A stretch of 64,000 nucleotides of DNA from an uncultured Pseudomonadales bacterium (lineage in GTDB: Bacteria > Patescibacteriota > Microgenomatia > UBA1400 > CG1-02-47-37): positions 25,893 to 89,892 of the forward strand of contig CAZVYS010000001.1 of assembly GCA_964630755.1 (NCBI GenBank). Reading direction: 5' to 3'. Under the pieces are notes generated by a model. It was given only the letters and a program-made list of their open reading frames with translations. It made no database searches and was not told where the DNA came from. Both the position numbers and the translations under genes were made by a program. Shown piece by piece: positions 47,988 to 57,387 of this stretch (positions are counted from its first letter, which is position 1; each line of letters starts with the position of its first letter).

Positions 47988-48943
47988 AATTTAAAAGCGT
48001 TTAGTAATCTTCTAACTTCTGACGGCTTTGAGGCTTTCATTAACTGAACTCTTAAAACTAAGGCATTGTCAAAACCTTTTATATATATTTTAAAGAATCT
48101 TTTCAAACTATGGAATGATTTTAAATTATTATTGGTTTGTTCAAAAAGCTTGAGGTGACTTAATAAAAGGTTAATTTTTTGTTTAGGGGTTTTTGAGTTG
48201 ATGGTTTGATTAGGATTAAAAATATATGGATCAAGCAAAACTCCCCTGCCGATCATGATGCCATCTAAAGAGTGTTTTTTAATCATGCTTTTTGCTTCTA
48301 AAAGGCTTTTAATATCACCATTACCGATGATTTTGGTTTTGGGGCTAAGCTTGTCTCTTAAAATAATAATTTTTTTTAGTTCCTGCCAATGAGGTTTTAC
48401 CTCTGACAGTTCTTTTTTGGTACGAAGATGAATGGTTAGAGCATCTAGGTTCAAAGAGAGTAAAAAGCCAAGCCATTCTTCAGTTTGAATCGAGTTAAAA
48501 CCTAATCTGGTTTTGACTGAAACGGGAGTTTTTTGATTGGCTCCAATTTGGGTGGCTTTGATAATTTCTTTAGCTATTTTAGGAGCGTTGATTAAAGCAG
48601 CGCCAGCGCCTTTTTTGATGACCGCTTTAACTGGACAGCCAAGATTAATATCTATGCCGTCAAAACCAAGTTTGCAGAGGAGCTTAGCTGTTTGTTCAAA
48701 TAATTCTGGGGTGGTACCCCAAATTTGGGCAATGAGCGGTTTTTGCTTTTTTTGATATTGAAGACGTCTAATAGAAGCAGTTTTGTCGTGAGAGAAAATG
48801 GCCTTGACATGAGTAAATTCGGTAAACATAAGATCTGGTTTGCCTAGATCACACAAAAGCGACCTAAATACTTCGTCAGTGACTCCATCCATAGGAGCAA
48901 GACATATGATTGGTTTTTTTAACTCTTGCCAAATATTTATCAT
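47984..48943 (-). CDS. tRNA-dihydrouridine synthase
   Basis: LAPMDGVTD, DINLGCP, SVKTRLG, NGDI, MIGRG. Confidence 0.92.
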   Translation of the reverse strand: MINIWQELKKPIICLAPMDGVTDEVFRSLLCDLGKPDLMFTEFTHVKAIFSHDKTASIRRLQYQKKQKPLIAQIWGTTPELFEQTAKLLCKLGFDGIDINLGCPVKAVIKKGAGAALINAPKIAKEIIKATQIGANQKTPVSVKTRLGFNSIQTEEWLGFLLSLNLDALTIHLRTKKELSEVKPHWQELKKIIILRDKLSPKTKIIGNGDIKSLLEAKSMIKKHSLDGIMIGRGVLLDPYIFNPNQTINSKTPKQKINLLLSHLKLFEQTNNNLKSFHSLKRFFKIYIKGFDNALVLRVQLMKASKPSEVRRLLNAFKL

Positions 48944-48967
48944 ACTGAGATTATATAATAGACAGAC

Positions 48968-49828
48968 ATGGCAAAAGATAAATATACAGCAGTTTGGGTA
49001 TCGCATTCGTCAATTTCTGATTGGCTAGTGTGTCCTCGGGCCTACTTTCTTAAAAACGTTTACAAAGATCCAAAAACTGGGCGAAAGATATCCTTGGTTA
49101 GTCCGCCGTTAACTTTAGGAAAGGTAGTTCATGAAGTAGTGGAAGGATTATCGGTTTTGCCTCTTGAAAAGAGATTTAACGAACCTCTTTTGGCGAAGTT
49201 TGAAGAAAAGTGGCAACAAGTGAGCGGTAGGGCAGGAGGTTTTTTTAGCAAAGATGTGGAAATGAAGTATAAACAGCGAGGCCAAGAAATGCTAAAGAGA
49301 ATTACTAGAAATCCTGGGCCTCTAAATCGTCTGGCAGTAAAAATCCAGATGGAATTGCCTTATTATTGGCTTTCTGAAAAAGATAATATTATACTTTGCG
49401 GCATGATTGACTGGCTTGAGTATCTTGAAAAAGAAGACGCTGTTGCTATTATTGATTTTAAGACTGGTAAAAAAAGAGAGAAGAAAGGTTCTTTGCAGCT
49501 GCCTATTTACTACTTGTTGGCGACAGAAACTCAAAAAAGAGCAGTTAAGAAAGCTAGTTACTGGTATGTTTCTTTAGCTGATAAACCAGTTGAGCAAAAA
49601 TTACCAGATGCTGCAAAGTCCCGAGAAAAAATCTTAAAGATAGCAAAAGAGATTAAGTTGGCTCGACAACTAGAGAGATTTAAGTGTCCGAATAATGGTT
49701 GTCGAGCTTGTGAACCGTTTGAGGACGTTATTAATGGTAAGGCAGAATTAGTGGGAACGGATAATATTAATCGTGATGTATATATTTATTTAAAAAACGA
49801 AGATCAAACTGAAGGGGAAATATTGTGA
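48968..49828 (+). CDS. PD-(D/E)XK nuclease (RecB/AddB/Cas4-like) with four-Cys motif
   Basis: SHS..CPR, G..VH, GMID, IIDFKTG, QL.IY, C....CRAC. Confidence 0.82.
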   Translation: MAKDKYTAVWVSHSSISDWLVCPRAYFLKNVYKDPKTGRKISLVSPPLTLGKVVHEVVEGLSVLPLEKRFNEPLLAKFEEKWQQVSGRAGGFFSKDVEMKYKQRGQEMLKRITRNPGPLNRLAVKIQMELPYYWLSEKDNIILCGMIDWLEYLEKEDAVAIIDFKTGKKREKKGSLQLPIYYLLATETQKRAVKKASYWYVSLADKPVEQKLPDAAKSREKILKIAKEIKLARQLERFKCPNNGCRACEPFEDVINGKAELVGTDNINRDVYIYLKNEDQTEGEIL

Positions 49829-50154
49829 CAGATAAGAGGGGCAAAGTTTTAAGGTGGGTGGGTAAGATTCCTAAAGGCAAGGTGTCTACATACGGTCGGA
49901 TTGCAAAACTAGCAAAAGTTAAAAGTGCCAGGCCAGTTGGTAACTGGCTGCACACTCATGGTAAACCAATCAGTATTGTCCCCTGTCATCGGGTGGTAAA
50001 TGCTCAAGGCAAGCTTGCTTTAAATTTTGGAGCTAAAGGTGGGATAAAAACTCAAAAAAAACGATTAGAAAATGAAGAGGTTAAGGTGGAAAACTATAAA
50101 GTAGATCTAGATAAATATTTATGGAAGCCTACAGGGAGTCTATTTGAAAGTTAG
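49825..50154 (+). CDS. MGMT family DNA-binding/alkyltransferase protein
   Basis: IPKGKVSTYG, ARPVG, PCHRVV. Confidence 0.9.
   Translation: MTDKRGKVLRWVGKIPKGKVSTYGRIAKLAKVKSARPVGNWLHTHGKPISIVPCHRVVNAQGKLALNFGAKGGIKTQKKRLENEEVKVENYKVDLDKYLWKPTGSLFES
50128..50150. repeat. Degenerate family-A palindrome at the MGMT 3' end
   Basis: CCTACAGGGA-GTC-TATTTGAAAG; left arm identical to the recJ copy. Confidence 0.55.
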
Positions 50155-50552
50155 CGTTTAGGACTTTGCTTCTGCCTTCTGGCTTTGCCGCCTTTACCAG
50201 CTTGGCGACGTTGTCTTTTTCGTGGATCACGAGTAAGCAAACCTTTTTTTCTTAATAAAGGCTTAAATTTTTCCTCATCAGCTTTAACTAGGGATCTTGA
50301 GATGCCGTGGATAACAGCCTCAAGTTGGCTATTTTTACCAGAACCAACGACTTTAACAGTCACGTGATATTTTCCTAAAACGCTACAAACATTAAACGGT
50401 TGGTCAAATAATATTTGGTTAATTTTGCCAGGAAAATATTTAGAAACTGCTTGATCATTAACTAGAGAGTCGCCTTTTTTTCTAAACAATCGAATTCTAG
50501 CAATAGCTTTTCTTCTTCGACCAACTGCATGAATATAGTTTGCTTTAGGCAT
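50151..50552 (-). CDS. rpsI: 30S ribosomal protein S9
   Basis: GRRRKA, LLTRDPR, QSPKR. Confidence 0.95.
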   Translation of the reverse strand: MPKANYIHAVGRRRKAIARIRLFRKKGDSLVNDQAVSKYFPGKINQILFDQPFNVCSVLGKYHVTVKVVGSGKNSQLEAVIHGISRSLVKADEEKFKPLLRKKGLLTRDPRKRQRRQAGKGGKARRQKQSPKR

Positions 50553-50973
50553 TTTTCTCCTTTTTAAGTTTGTCTTGATAGATATGTTGATCATCTTTAA
50601 AAACTTTTAAACGATTAAGCCTCATGTCTCGAAGTTTGTTTTTAGGCAACATGTTTTTTACAGCTGAAAAGATAATTTTTCTTGAATCCTTTTTTAATTG
50701 CTCTTCAAAAGTAATCTGTTTTAAACCGCTAGGATAGTTAGAATGACGGTAATATATTTTTTGTTTTTGTTTTCTACCAGTAACCTGGACTTTATCGCTG
50801 TTAATGACAACTACATAGTCACCACAGTCTAGATGAGAAGTAAAGTAAGGTTTGTTTTTGCCGATTAAGAATTGCGCTATGCTGGTGGCAATCCGACCCA
50901 AGACTTGATCTTTTACATCAACAAGGTGCCAAGCGCGTTTAATATCTTTAGGAGTGGTTGAGTAGGTTTTCAT
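50545..50973 (-). CDS. rplM: 50S ribosomal protein L13
   Basis: LGRIAT, DCGDYVVVIN, MLPKN. Confidence 0.97.
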   Translation of the reverse strand: MKTYSTTPKDIKRAWHLVDVKDQVLGRIATSIAQFLIGKNKPYFTSHLDCGDYVVVINSDKVQVTGRKQKQKIYYRHSNYPSGLKQITFEEQLKKDSRKIIFSAVKNMLPKNKLRDMRLNRLKVFKDDQHIYQDKLKKEKNA

Positions 50974-50974
50974 G

Positions 50975-51358
50975 TTATTTTTTCTTGGGTTTAGTTGGAG
51001 CGGGCTTATCTACTAACTCGACTCTGGCCATCATGGTATTGTCACCGCGTCTCTTGCCAATTCTTGTTACTCGAGTGAAACCAGAGGTGCGTTTCTTAGT
51101 TCGAGGGGCAAGTTCATCAAATAGCTTATGAACTGCCTTTTTATCAGGCAGAAAAGATAAAACTTGTCTCCGTGAAGACAAAGAACCAAGTTTAGCCTTA
51201 GTCATTAACTTGTCAACCAAGCCCCTAACAGCTTTGGCCTTAGCTTCAGTGGTTTTGATTTGCTCGTTTAAAATCAAGCCCTTAATAAGATCCTTAAACA
51301 AGGCCTTACGCTGCTTGATATTTCGACTCAGTTTTTTACCTTTTTTACGATGACGCAT
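50975..51358 (-). CDS. rplQ: 50S ribosomal protein L17
   Basis: MRHRK, IKTTEAKAK, RRGD. Confidence 0.96.
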   Translation of the reverse strand: MRHRKKGKKLSRNIKQRKALFKDLIKGLILNEQIKTTEAKAKAVRGLVDKLMTKAKLGSLSSRRQVLSFLPDKKAVHKLFDELAPRTKKRTSGFTRVTRIGKRRGDNTMMARVELVDKPAPTKPKKK

Positions 51359-51359
51359 A

Positions 51360-52274
51360 TTACTTAACAATAACATCCTTTTCTTTTAGCTTATCAAGAA
51401 TAATGTCAATTGACTTTCCGCCTAGATTTTTTACTTTAGAGATGTCAGCTTTTGAAGCAACGCTTAAGTCTTTGACTGTTGCGTAGCCGCCTTTTCTAAG
51501 GGCGTTAGCTATCCTGGTAGGAAGATCAAGTTCTTCAACTGAAAGCTTTAATGACTCATTTTCTTCTAGTTCGTCAACTTTCTCTTCAGCTTCTGGTTCA
51601 AAAGTTGGGTCGATTACTTGTGTAAACGAATCAATTAAGATTTTAGCTGCCTTTTCTAGGGCCTTTTGAGGCTTAATGGTACCATCTGTAAAAATCTCAA
51701 TAATTAGTTTATCTAGTTCAGTGCGTCGACCAACACGAGCTGACTCTACCTTGTAGTTGACTCGAACTACTGGAGAAAAAGTGGCATCTAGAATAATTTG
51801 GCCAAGTTTTTTAGCAGATCGGTTTTTGGCTGATAAATATCCATAACCTTGACTAACTTCTAGTTTAACATCTAACTTTGATTTTTTATTAGCTAAGGTT
51901 GCTAATACTAAGTCTTTATTAACTACCTTGACATTGGCGGGGACTTTTAGATCAGAAGCCTTGACTTTTTTAGGACCAGTGGCGTTTAAACTAATCTTAA
52001 CAGGCTCTTCACCAGTGTAACTTAAACGAACTTGTTTAAGATTTAAAAGAAGCTCGACAACATCTTCTTTCATGCCTTGTAGTGTCGTAAACTGATGAGT
52101 AACGCCACCAATGGTAGCGCTGGTTATAGCTGCACCTGGCAAACTGGCTAATAATACTCTTCTTAGAGAATTGCCGATTGTTAAACCGTATCCTGGTTCT
52201 AATGGAGAAAGTTCAAATTTCCCATAGTCTTTTGTTTCGGCAAGGCAGGCGGTTTTAAAATTATTTTTTATCAT
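51360..52274 (-). CDS. rpoA: RNA polymerase alpha subunit
   Basis: PLEPGYGLTIGNSLRRVLL, DATFSPV, alpha-CTD NLGGKS. Confidence 0.97.
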   Translation of the reverse strand: MIKNNFKTACLAETKDYGKFELSPLEPGYGLTIGNSLRRVLLASLPGAAITSATIGGVTHQFTTLQGMKEDVVELLLNLKQVRLSYTGEEPVKISLNATGPKKVKASDLKVPANVKVVNKDLVLATLANKKSKLDVKLEVSQGYGYLSAKNRSAKKLGQIILDATFSPVVRVNYKVESARVGRRTELDKLIIEIFTDGTIKPQKALEKAAKILIDSFTQVIDPTFEPEAEEKVDELEENESLKLSVEELDLPTRIANALRKGGYATVKDLSVASKADISKVKNLGGKSIDIILDKLKEKDVIVK

Positions 52275-52315
52275 ATATTACCTTTCTTTCTGACTATTAA
52301 TCAGAGTAAATTAGG

Positions 52316-52924
52316 TTAACGTGAGTAAAACTCAACAATTAATTGTTCTTGAATGTTAATGTCGATTTCATCGCGATCTGGCAAGCGTTCATATTTACTA
52401 GCTACTGCTTTCCTTTTTAAATATTTTGGAGTATGAACGTCTTTTTTTTGAAGAAGCTCAGCTATTTTTAGATTTTTAACTATCTTTTCGGATAAACTAA
52501 TTACTTGACCAGGTTTAACCAAGTATGAAGGGATAGTTAGTTTTTTGCCATCTACCTTAATGTGTCCATGAGTAACCATTTGACGAGCAGCTGGTCTTGT
52601 TTGAGCAAAACCTGATCTGAAAATTAAATTATCAAGGCGAGATTCTAGTAATTGAAGTAGTTTAGTGCCAGTGGCTGCTTTTTCTAATCTCGCAGTGTCA
52701 TAGTAACGACGAAATTGTTTTTCTAGTACTCCGTAAGTTGCTTTTAGCTTTTGTTTTTCTTTGAGTTGAAGGCCATAGTCTGATAATCGACGCTGTCTTT
52801 TCTTGCCATGGGCGCCAGGAGGATAAGGTTTTCGAGCTAAAACTTTGTCTAGTTGTTTAGACCCAAAAATATTTTCATTGAAACGCCTAACTAGCTTGCC
52901 TTTGGGAGATGTTGGTCTTGCCAT
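52316..52924 (-). CDS. rpsD: 30S ribosomal protein S4
   Basis: PPGAHG, QLKEKQK, LESRLDN, EFYSR. Confidence 0.97.
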   Translation of the reverse strand: MARPTSPKGKLVRRFNENIFGSKQLDKVLARKPYPPGAHGKKRQRRLSDYGLQLKEKQKLKATYGVLEKQFRRYYDTARLEKAATGTKLLQLLESRLDNLIFRSGFAQTRPAARQMVTHGHIKVDGKKLTIPSYLVKPGQVISLSEKIVKNLKIAELLQKKDVHTPKYLKRKAVASKYERLPDRDEIDINIQEQLIVEFYSR

Positions 52925-52927
52925 AAA

Positions 52928-53323
52928 TTAACCTCTGCGTCTCTTTTTTGGCCGACAACCATTATGGGGCATTGGAGTAATGTCGGCTATTTGAGTAATT
53001 TTTAATCCACTACTTCTAATAACTCCAAGGGCAGCATCACGCCCTGAACCGGGACCTTTAATATAAACTTCAGCTTGAGACAAACCTTTTTCCTTTGCTT
53101 TCTTGATGACGGCATCAATAGCAGTCGTGGCTGCAAAAGGAGTTGATTTACGAGAACCCTTGAAGCCTGAAGCTCCAGTTGATCCCCACACAATAACATC
53201 TCCTTGATTATTTGTAATAGATACTAAAGTATTATTAAAAGTGGCAGTAATAAAGATCTTGCCATTACTGAGACTTGCTTTTTGAGGTTGAACTTTAGTT
53301 GGTTTAGCTTTTGAATTAGTCAT
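52928..53323 (-). CDS. rpsK: 30S ribosomal protein S11
   Basis: TFNNT, GSRKSTPFAA, PHNGCRP. Confidence 0.97.
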   Translation of the reverse strand: MTNSKAKPTKVQPQKASLSNGKIFITATFNNTLVSITNNQGDVIVWGSTGASGFKGSRKSTPFAATTAIDAVIKKAKEKGLSQAEVYIKGPGSGRDAALGVIRSSGLKITQIADITPMPHNGCRPKKRRRG

Positions 53324-53324
53324 G

Positions 53325-53726
53325 TTATTTTTTAGATGCATCTGCTATTTTTTGAGCATCTTCTTTTTTAAGAGCACCAACAGTCATACGCTTGCCTCGT
53401 TTAGTACGAGCATTGTGCCGAGTACGTTGGCCTCTACTTGGTAACTTGGCAGTATGACGTATACCTCTGTATGTCCCGATCTGCTTAAGCCTTTTAATAT
53501 TCTCAGTAATAATTTTTCTTAATGGACCCTCTGTAGGAATAGTGTCAATGGCTTTTTGAAGTCTCATAATTTCATCTGAACTTAGATCTTTAGCTCGTTT
53601 GTTACTGTCAACATTAGCAAGCTTCAAAATCTTTGAAACATTTTGACGACCAATACCGAAAATGTAGGTAAGGGCAATCTCGGTTCGTTTATGTGGAGGA
53701 ATATCGATTCCAGAAATTCTTGGCAT
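53325..53726 (-). CDS. rpsM: 30S ribosomal protein S13
   Basis: ALTYIFGIG, RGQRTRHNARTKRG. Confidence 0.97.
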   Translation of the reverse strand: MPRISGIDIPPHKRTEIALTYIFGIGRQNVSKILKLANVDSNKRAKDLSSDEIMRLQKAIDTIPTEGPLRKIITENIKRLKQIGTYRGIRHTAKLPSRGQRTRHNARTKRGKRMTVGALKKEDAQKIADASKK

Positions 53727-53733
53727 AGAAAAT

Positions 53734-53847
53734 TTAACCTTGTCGCTGTTTGTGGCGAGGGTTTGTGCAAATTACATAAACCCGACCTTTTCGGCGGACT
53801 ATTTTACATTTTAGGCAGCGTTTTTTAACTGAGGCTTGTACCTTCAT
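53734..53847 (-). CDS. rpmJ: 50S ribosomal protein L36 (below ORF-track cutoff)
   Basis: Translated by hand: [37 protein letters not shown]. Confidence 0.95.
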   Translation of the reverse strand: MKVQASVKKRCLKCKIVRRKGRVYVICTNPRHKQRQG

Positions 53848-53861
53848 AGACAGAAAAAATC

Positions 53862-53888
53862 AAGGAGCTAGTTAATAACTATCTCCTT
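53862..53888. terminator. Hairpin between infA and rpmJ, possible terminator
   Basis: AAGGAG-CTAGTT-AAT-AACTAT-CTCCTT flanked by A/T runs. Confidence 0.45.
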
Positions 53889-53908
53889 TTTTTATATTTC
53901 AAATTTTA

Positions 53909-54130
53909 TTATTTTAGCCGGTAAGTTATCCGACCCTTAGTTTTGTCGTAAGGAGTCTGTTCAATCTTAACTTGATCACCAGGTAAAACTCGAATACGAT
54001 ACATGCGCATTTTGCCAGCAAGGTGACAAAGGATGGTTTTATCTGAATTGTTAAGCTTAACTTTAAAGGTAGCGTTAGGAAGAGCTTCCTCTACAACCCC
54101 TTCGACTTGAACTACATCGTTAGTAGACAT
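53909..54130 (-). CDS. infA: Translation initiation factor IF-1
   Basis: [17 protein letters not shown]. Confidence 0.97.
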   Translation of the reverse strand: MSTNDVVQVEGVVEEALPNATFKVKLNNSDKTILCHLAGKMRMYRIRVLPGDQVKIEQTPYDKTKGRITYRLK

Positions 54131-54152
54131 TGATTAAGATATTATACCAAAA

Positions 54153-54917
54153 TTACTCAGTTAATGCCACTGGCCCGTTTTTAGTAATGGCGACAGTGTG
54201 TTCAAACATAGCTGCGTCTTTTTGGTCTTTTGTAATAATGGTCCAGTTATCTTTAGGGTCAGTTATGGTTTTATGATTACCAGCCATGTAAATAGCTTCA
54301 ATAGCAATAACTAAGCCTGGTTCTATTATTGGTGTTTGAGTAATTGGTTTGTCTATAAAGCAGGGAATGGCTGGAGATTCGTGAAGATTCTTTCCTAAAC
54401 CATGACCAGTTAGATTACGGGCAACGTTATAGCCATATTTTTCAATTGAAATTTGCATTGCTTGAGAAATATGACCAATTCGGTTGCCGGGCTTAGCTTG
54501 ACTAATAGCTTGTTTAAGAGCCTTTTGGCCAGCAATTAGTAGTTTTTGTTTTTTGGGATACTTGTCTTCTTGGCCAGCAATGAAACTAACTGCTGAATCT
54601 GTGTGAAAACCTTTAAAATACAGGCCAATATCTATAGTAACTATGTCTCCTTGTTTAATGACTTTTTTATCAGGTACTCCATGAACTAAACCGTGATTAA
54701 GATTGATACAGGTAGCCCAGCTGTAACCTGGAACAAGGGAAAAACTAGGTTGACCACCGGACTCACTAATCAAGCTTAAGGCTTTTCCTTCGATTAAGTT
54801 AAGTTTAACTCCAGGCTTAGCCATGGACTTTAAGTAGTTTCGAATATGTTTTAGTTTTTGGCCACCAACTTTCATGATGGCAATTTCTGAAGCAGACTTA
54901 AGATTAATTTGGGTCAT
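54153..54917 (-). CDS. map: Methionine aminopeptidase type I
   Basis: VHGVP, DIG..D, GHGLG..LHE, AIE, FEHT. Confidence 0.95.
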   Translation of the reverse strand: MTQINLKSASEIAIMKVGGQKLKHIRNYLKSMAKPGVKLNLIEGKALSLISESGGQPSFSLVPGYSWATCINLNHGLVHGVPDKKVIKQGDIVTIDIGLYFKGFHTDSAVSFIAGQEDKYPKKQKLLIAGQKALKQAISQAKPGNRIGHISQAMQISIEKYGYNVARNLTGHGLGKNLHESPAIPCFIDKPITQTPIIEPGLVIAIEAIYMAGNHKTITDPKDNWTIITKDQKDAAMFEHTVAITKNGPVALTE

Positions 54918-55483
54918 TTTTTCAAAAGCTTAATTTCTGCTAAAACTTGGTCAAGTTCATGGTGTAAATGTTCTTGAGTTTGATGGTTTATAATTAAAAA
55001 ATCGCTAATTGCAATTGGCCCACCTTTGTGAGAATAAACAATTTCTCTAATATCTCGTTTCCTGGCTTCGTCTCTTGATAGTGGACGAATGGATCTATTA
55101 GCCAGTCTTTGGTAACGAATATTAGGTTTAGCAAAAATACAGACAAGAAAAAAATTATTGTATTTATTAAAAAGATATTCATATTCCTCCCAGGAATAAA
55201 GACCATCGAGAATAACAACTGAAGATTTTTTTAAGGCTTTGTCAATTCGTGGTTTGATTTTTTTTGCATAAGCAGCCATGCCTAGTTTTTTTCTTAGATT
55301 TTCACGATATTGACTCTCGTTTTTTTCAGTTAAGGGTAGCCCAAGATTCTTTAATCCAAGATCTGTTTGATCGCCAAATCTTAAAACTGGAAAACCTTTT
55401 AAAGAAAAATGCTCACTAGCTACAGATTTTCCAGAACCAGCCATGCCAACTAAAGCAATAATAGAGGTTGGTTTATGATCCAT
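54914..55483 (-). CDS. P-loop nucleotide kinase, UPF0200/dephospho-CoA kinase-related
   Basis: VGMAGSGKS, DGLYSWEE, RD..E, D..I.N. Confidence 0.7.
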   Translation of the reverse strand: MDHKPTSIIALVGMAGSGKSVASEHFSLKGFPVLRFGDQTDLGLKNLGLPLTEKNESQYRENLRKKLGMAAYAKKIKPRIDKALKKSSVVILDGLYSWEEYEYLFNKYNNFFLVCIFAKPNIRYQRLANRSIRPLSRDEARKRDIREIVYSHKGGPIAISDFLIINHQTQEHLHHELDQVLAEIKLLKK

Positions 55484-56051
55484 TATTTATGGCCTTATAA
55501 ATGTCTTGATGAATGCTATCAATCGTTTGCTCGCCGTTAATTTTAGTTAATAATAATTTTTCTTGAAAATAAGCTAATACATCGGCTTCTTGCTTTTGAT
55601 AAATACGAAGACGTGACTGAATTTTTTCATCTGAGTCATGTAAGGTGCCATCTGGGCTTAATCGCTTTCTTTTCTTTAGTCTTTTGACAGATTCAATCTC
55701 TGATACGTCTAGATAAAAAACATAGTCAATTTTCTTGCCATATTTATCAAGTTTTTCGGTTAAAAATAAAGCTTGAGTGTGGTTCCTTGGAAAACCATCG
55801 ATAACAAAACCAGATTCAACATCTGGTTCTTTTAAGCGAACTTTCCATAAAACAAACATTTCTGAGTCGGCAACGTAATGACCTTTATCTAAAGCTTCGC
55901 GACAAATATCTCCCATAATGCCCTGGTCTTTTTTGGCATAAAATCTGACTAAGTTGCCTGAATTTAAAAAAGGGAGCTTAAGTTTTTCGGCCAACATTTT
56001 TCCCTGAGTGGATTTTCCAGATCCTTCTGGCCCGTAAAGAACAATAAACAT
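55473..56051 (-). CDS. adk: Adenylate kinase (short-lid type)
   Basis: GPEGSGKST, DGFPR; follows secY. Confidence 0.85.
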   Translation of the reverse strand: MFIVLYGPEGSGKSTQGKMLAEKLKLPFLNSGNLVRFYAKKDQGIMGDICREALDKGHYVADSEMFVLWKVRLKEPDVESGFVIDGFPRNHTQALFLTEKLDKYGKKIDYVFYLDVSEIESVKRLKKRKRLSPDGTLHDSDEKIQSRLRIYQKQEADVLAYFQEKLLLTKINGEQTIDSIHQDIYKAINNGS

Positions 56052-56103
56052 AATACTATTGTAAAGGTTACTGACTAATCTTTAAAGTTTCTTCACCTTA
56101 AAT

Positions 56104-57387
56104 TTATTTAATAAAACTGTCATAGTTTCTCATAATCAATTGAGCTTCTAATCCTTTGCTGACTTCTAGAATAACTGAAACGACGATTAAAATTCCTGTG
56201 CCACCAATAGTTAAGGTGGTAATGCCAGTAGCTAATCTAGCTAGTGAAGGCAAGATAGCAATTAAGCCTAAAAAGAGGGCGCCAGCCAAAGTAATACGAT
56301 TAAGCACGTAAGATAAGTAATCGGCAGTGGGTTTTCCAGGTCGAATACCAGGAATAAAGCCGCCATATTTTTTAATATCTTGTGAAATTTTATCTGGATT
56401 AAAAGTAACAGCAGTATAAAAATAAGTAAAGCCAAGAACTAAGAAAAAATAAATAAAGTGATAAGGGGGTTGATTGGGATCAAAAATATTGACTAATTTT
56501 GAGGCAAAAGAAACAATCCTTGGATTATTCAGCTGCATTAACCAACGACCGACAACAGAAGGCATGATTACTAAAGAAACAGCAAAAATAATAGGAATTA
56601 CGCCAGCCTGATTAACTCTTAACGGTAGATGAGTTGACTGACCACCAGAAACAGATTGGCCTCGAACGCGCCTGGCATAGCGAACAGTGATTTGACGAGT
56701 GGCTTCGTTAACATAAACAATACCAGCAATAACAAACAAGCTAAGAATTAAGAAAGTTAAGATGCTGGTGAAATTTAAAGTTTGACTGATTGAGCTAGTT
56801 TGCAACAAAGAAATAGGAAGCCTACCAACAATGCCAGCAAAGATTAAAAGAGAAATTCCGTTACCAATTCCGTATTCTGTTAATAATTCACCAAACCACA
56901 TTAAAAGAATTGTTCCCGCCACCATGGTGGCTACTATACTTATGATGGTGAAAGGATTAGTGAAGCTAATGATTTGTTGAGTTCGTAATAAAGTTATCAT
57001 GCCAATCGATTGAACTGTGGCTAAAGGAACAGCCAAAATACGTGTCCACTGGTTAAGTTTTTCTCGACCAATTTGACCTTCTTTTTGCATTTCTTCAAGT
57101 TTAGGGAAAATAATCGTTAAGAGTTGAAAAACAATTGAGGCGTTAATGTAAGGGGTTAATCCTAGGGCCATGATAGAAAAATTAGCTAAGGTGCCACCAG
57201 AAAAAATATCTAGTAAGCCTAAAAGTTGGTTTGAACCGAAAAGTTGTTTTAAAGCATTTAAGTCAACGCCTGGAACGGGAATATGAGCGATAAATCTAAA
57301 AATTACAAAAATGGCTAAAGTAATAAGAAACTTTTTTCGTAAGTCTTTGATCTTAAAAACATTGATTGCTGATTGAAGCAGTTTCAT
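56104..57387 (-). CDS. secY: Preprotein translocase SecY
   Basis: [28 protein letters not shown]. Confidence 0.98.
   Translation of the reverse strand: MKLLQSAINVFKIKDLRKKFLITLAIFVIFRFIAHIPVPGVDLNALKQLFGSNQLLGLLDIFSGGTLANFSIMALGLTPYINASIVFQLLTIIFPKLEEMQKEGQIGREKLNQWTRILAVPLATVQSIGMITLLRTQQIISFTNPFTIISIVATMVAGTILLMWFGELLTEYGIGNGISLLIFAGIVGRLPISLLQTSSISQTLNFTSILTFLILSLFVIAGIVYVNEATRQITVRYARRVRGQSVSGGQSTHLPLRVNQAGVIPIIFAVSLVIMPSVVGRWLMQLNNPRIVSFASKLVNIFDPNQPPYHFIYFFLVLGFTYFYTAVTFNPDKISQDIKKYGGFIPGIRPGKPTADYLSYVLNRITLAGALFLGLIAILPSLARLATGITTLTIGGTGILIVVSVILEVSKGLEAQLIMRNYDSFIK

Noticed and set aside
48968-49828. cas4 as evidence of a CRISPR-Cas locus
   Set aside because: No array, cas1 or cas2 nearby; stand-alone RecB-family nucleases are common
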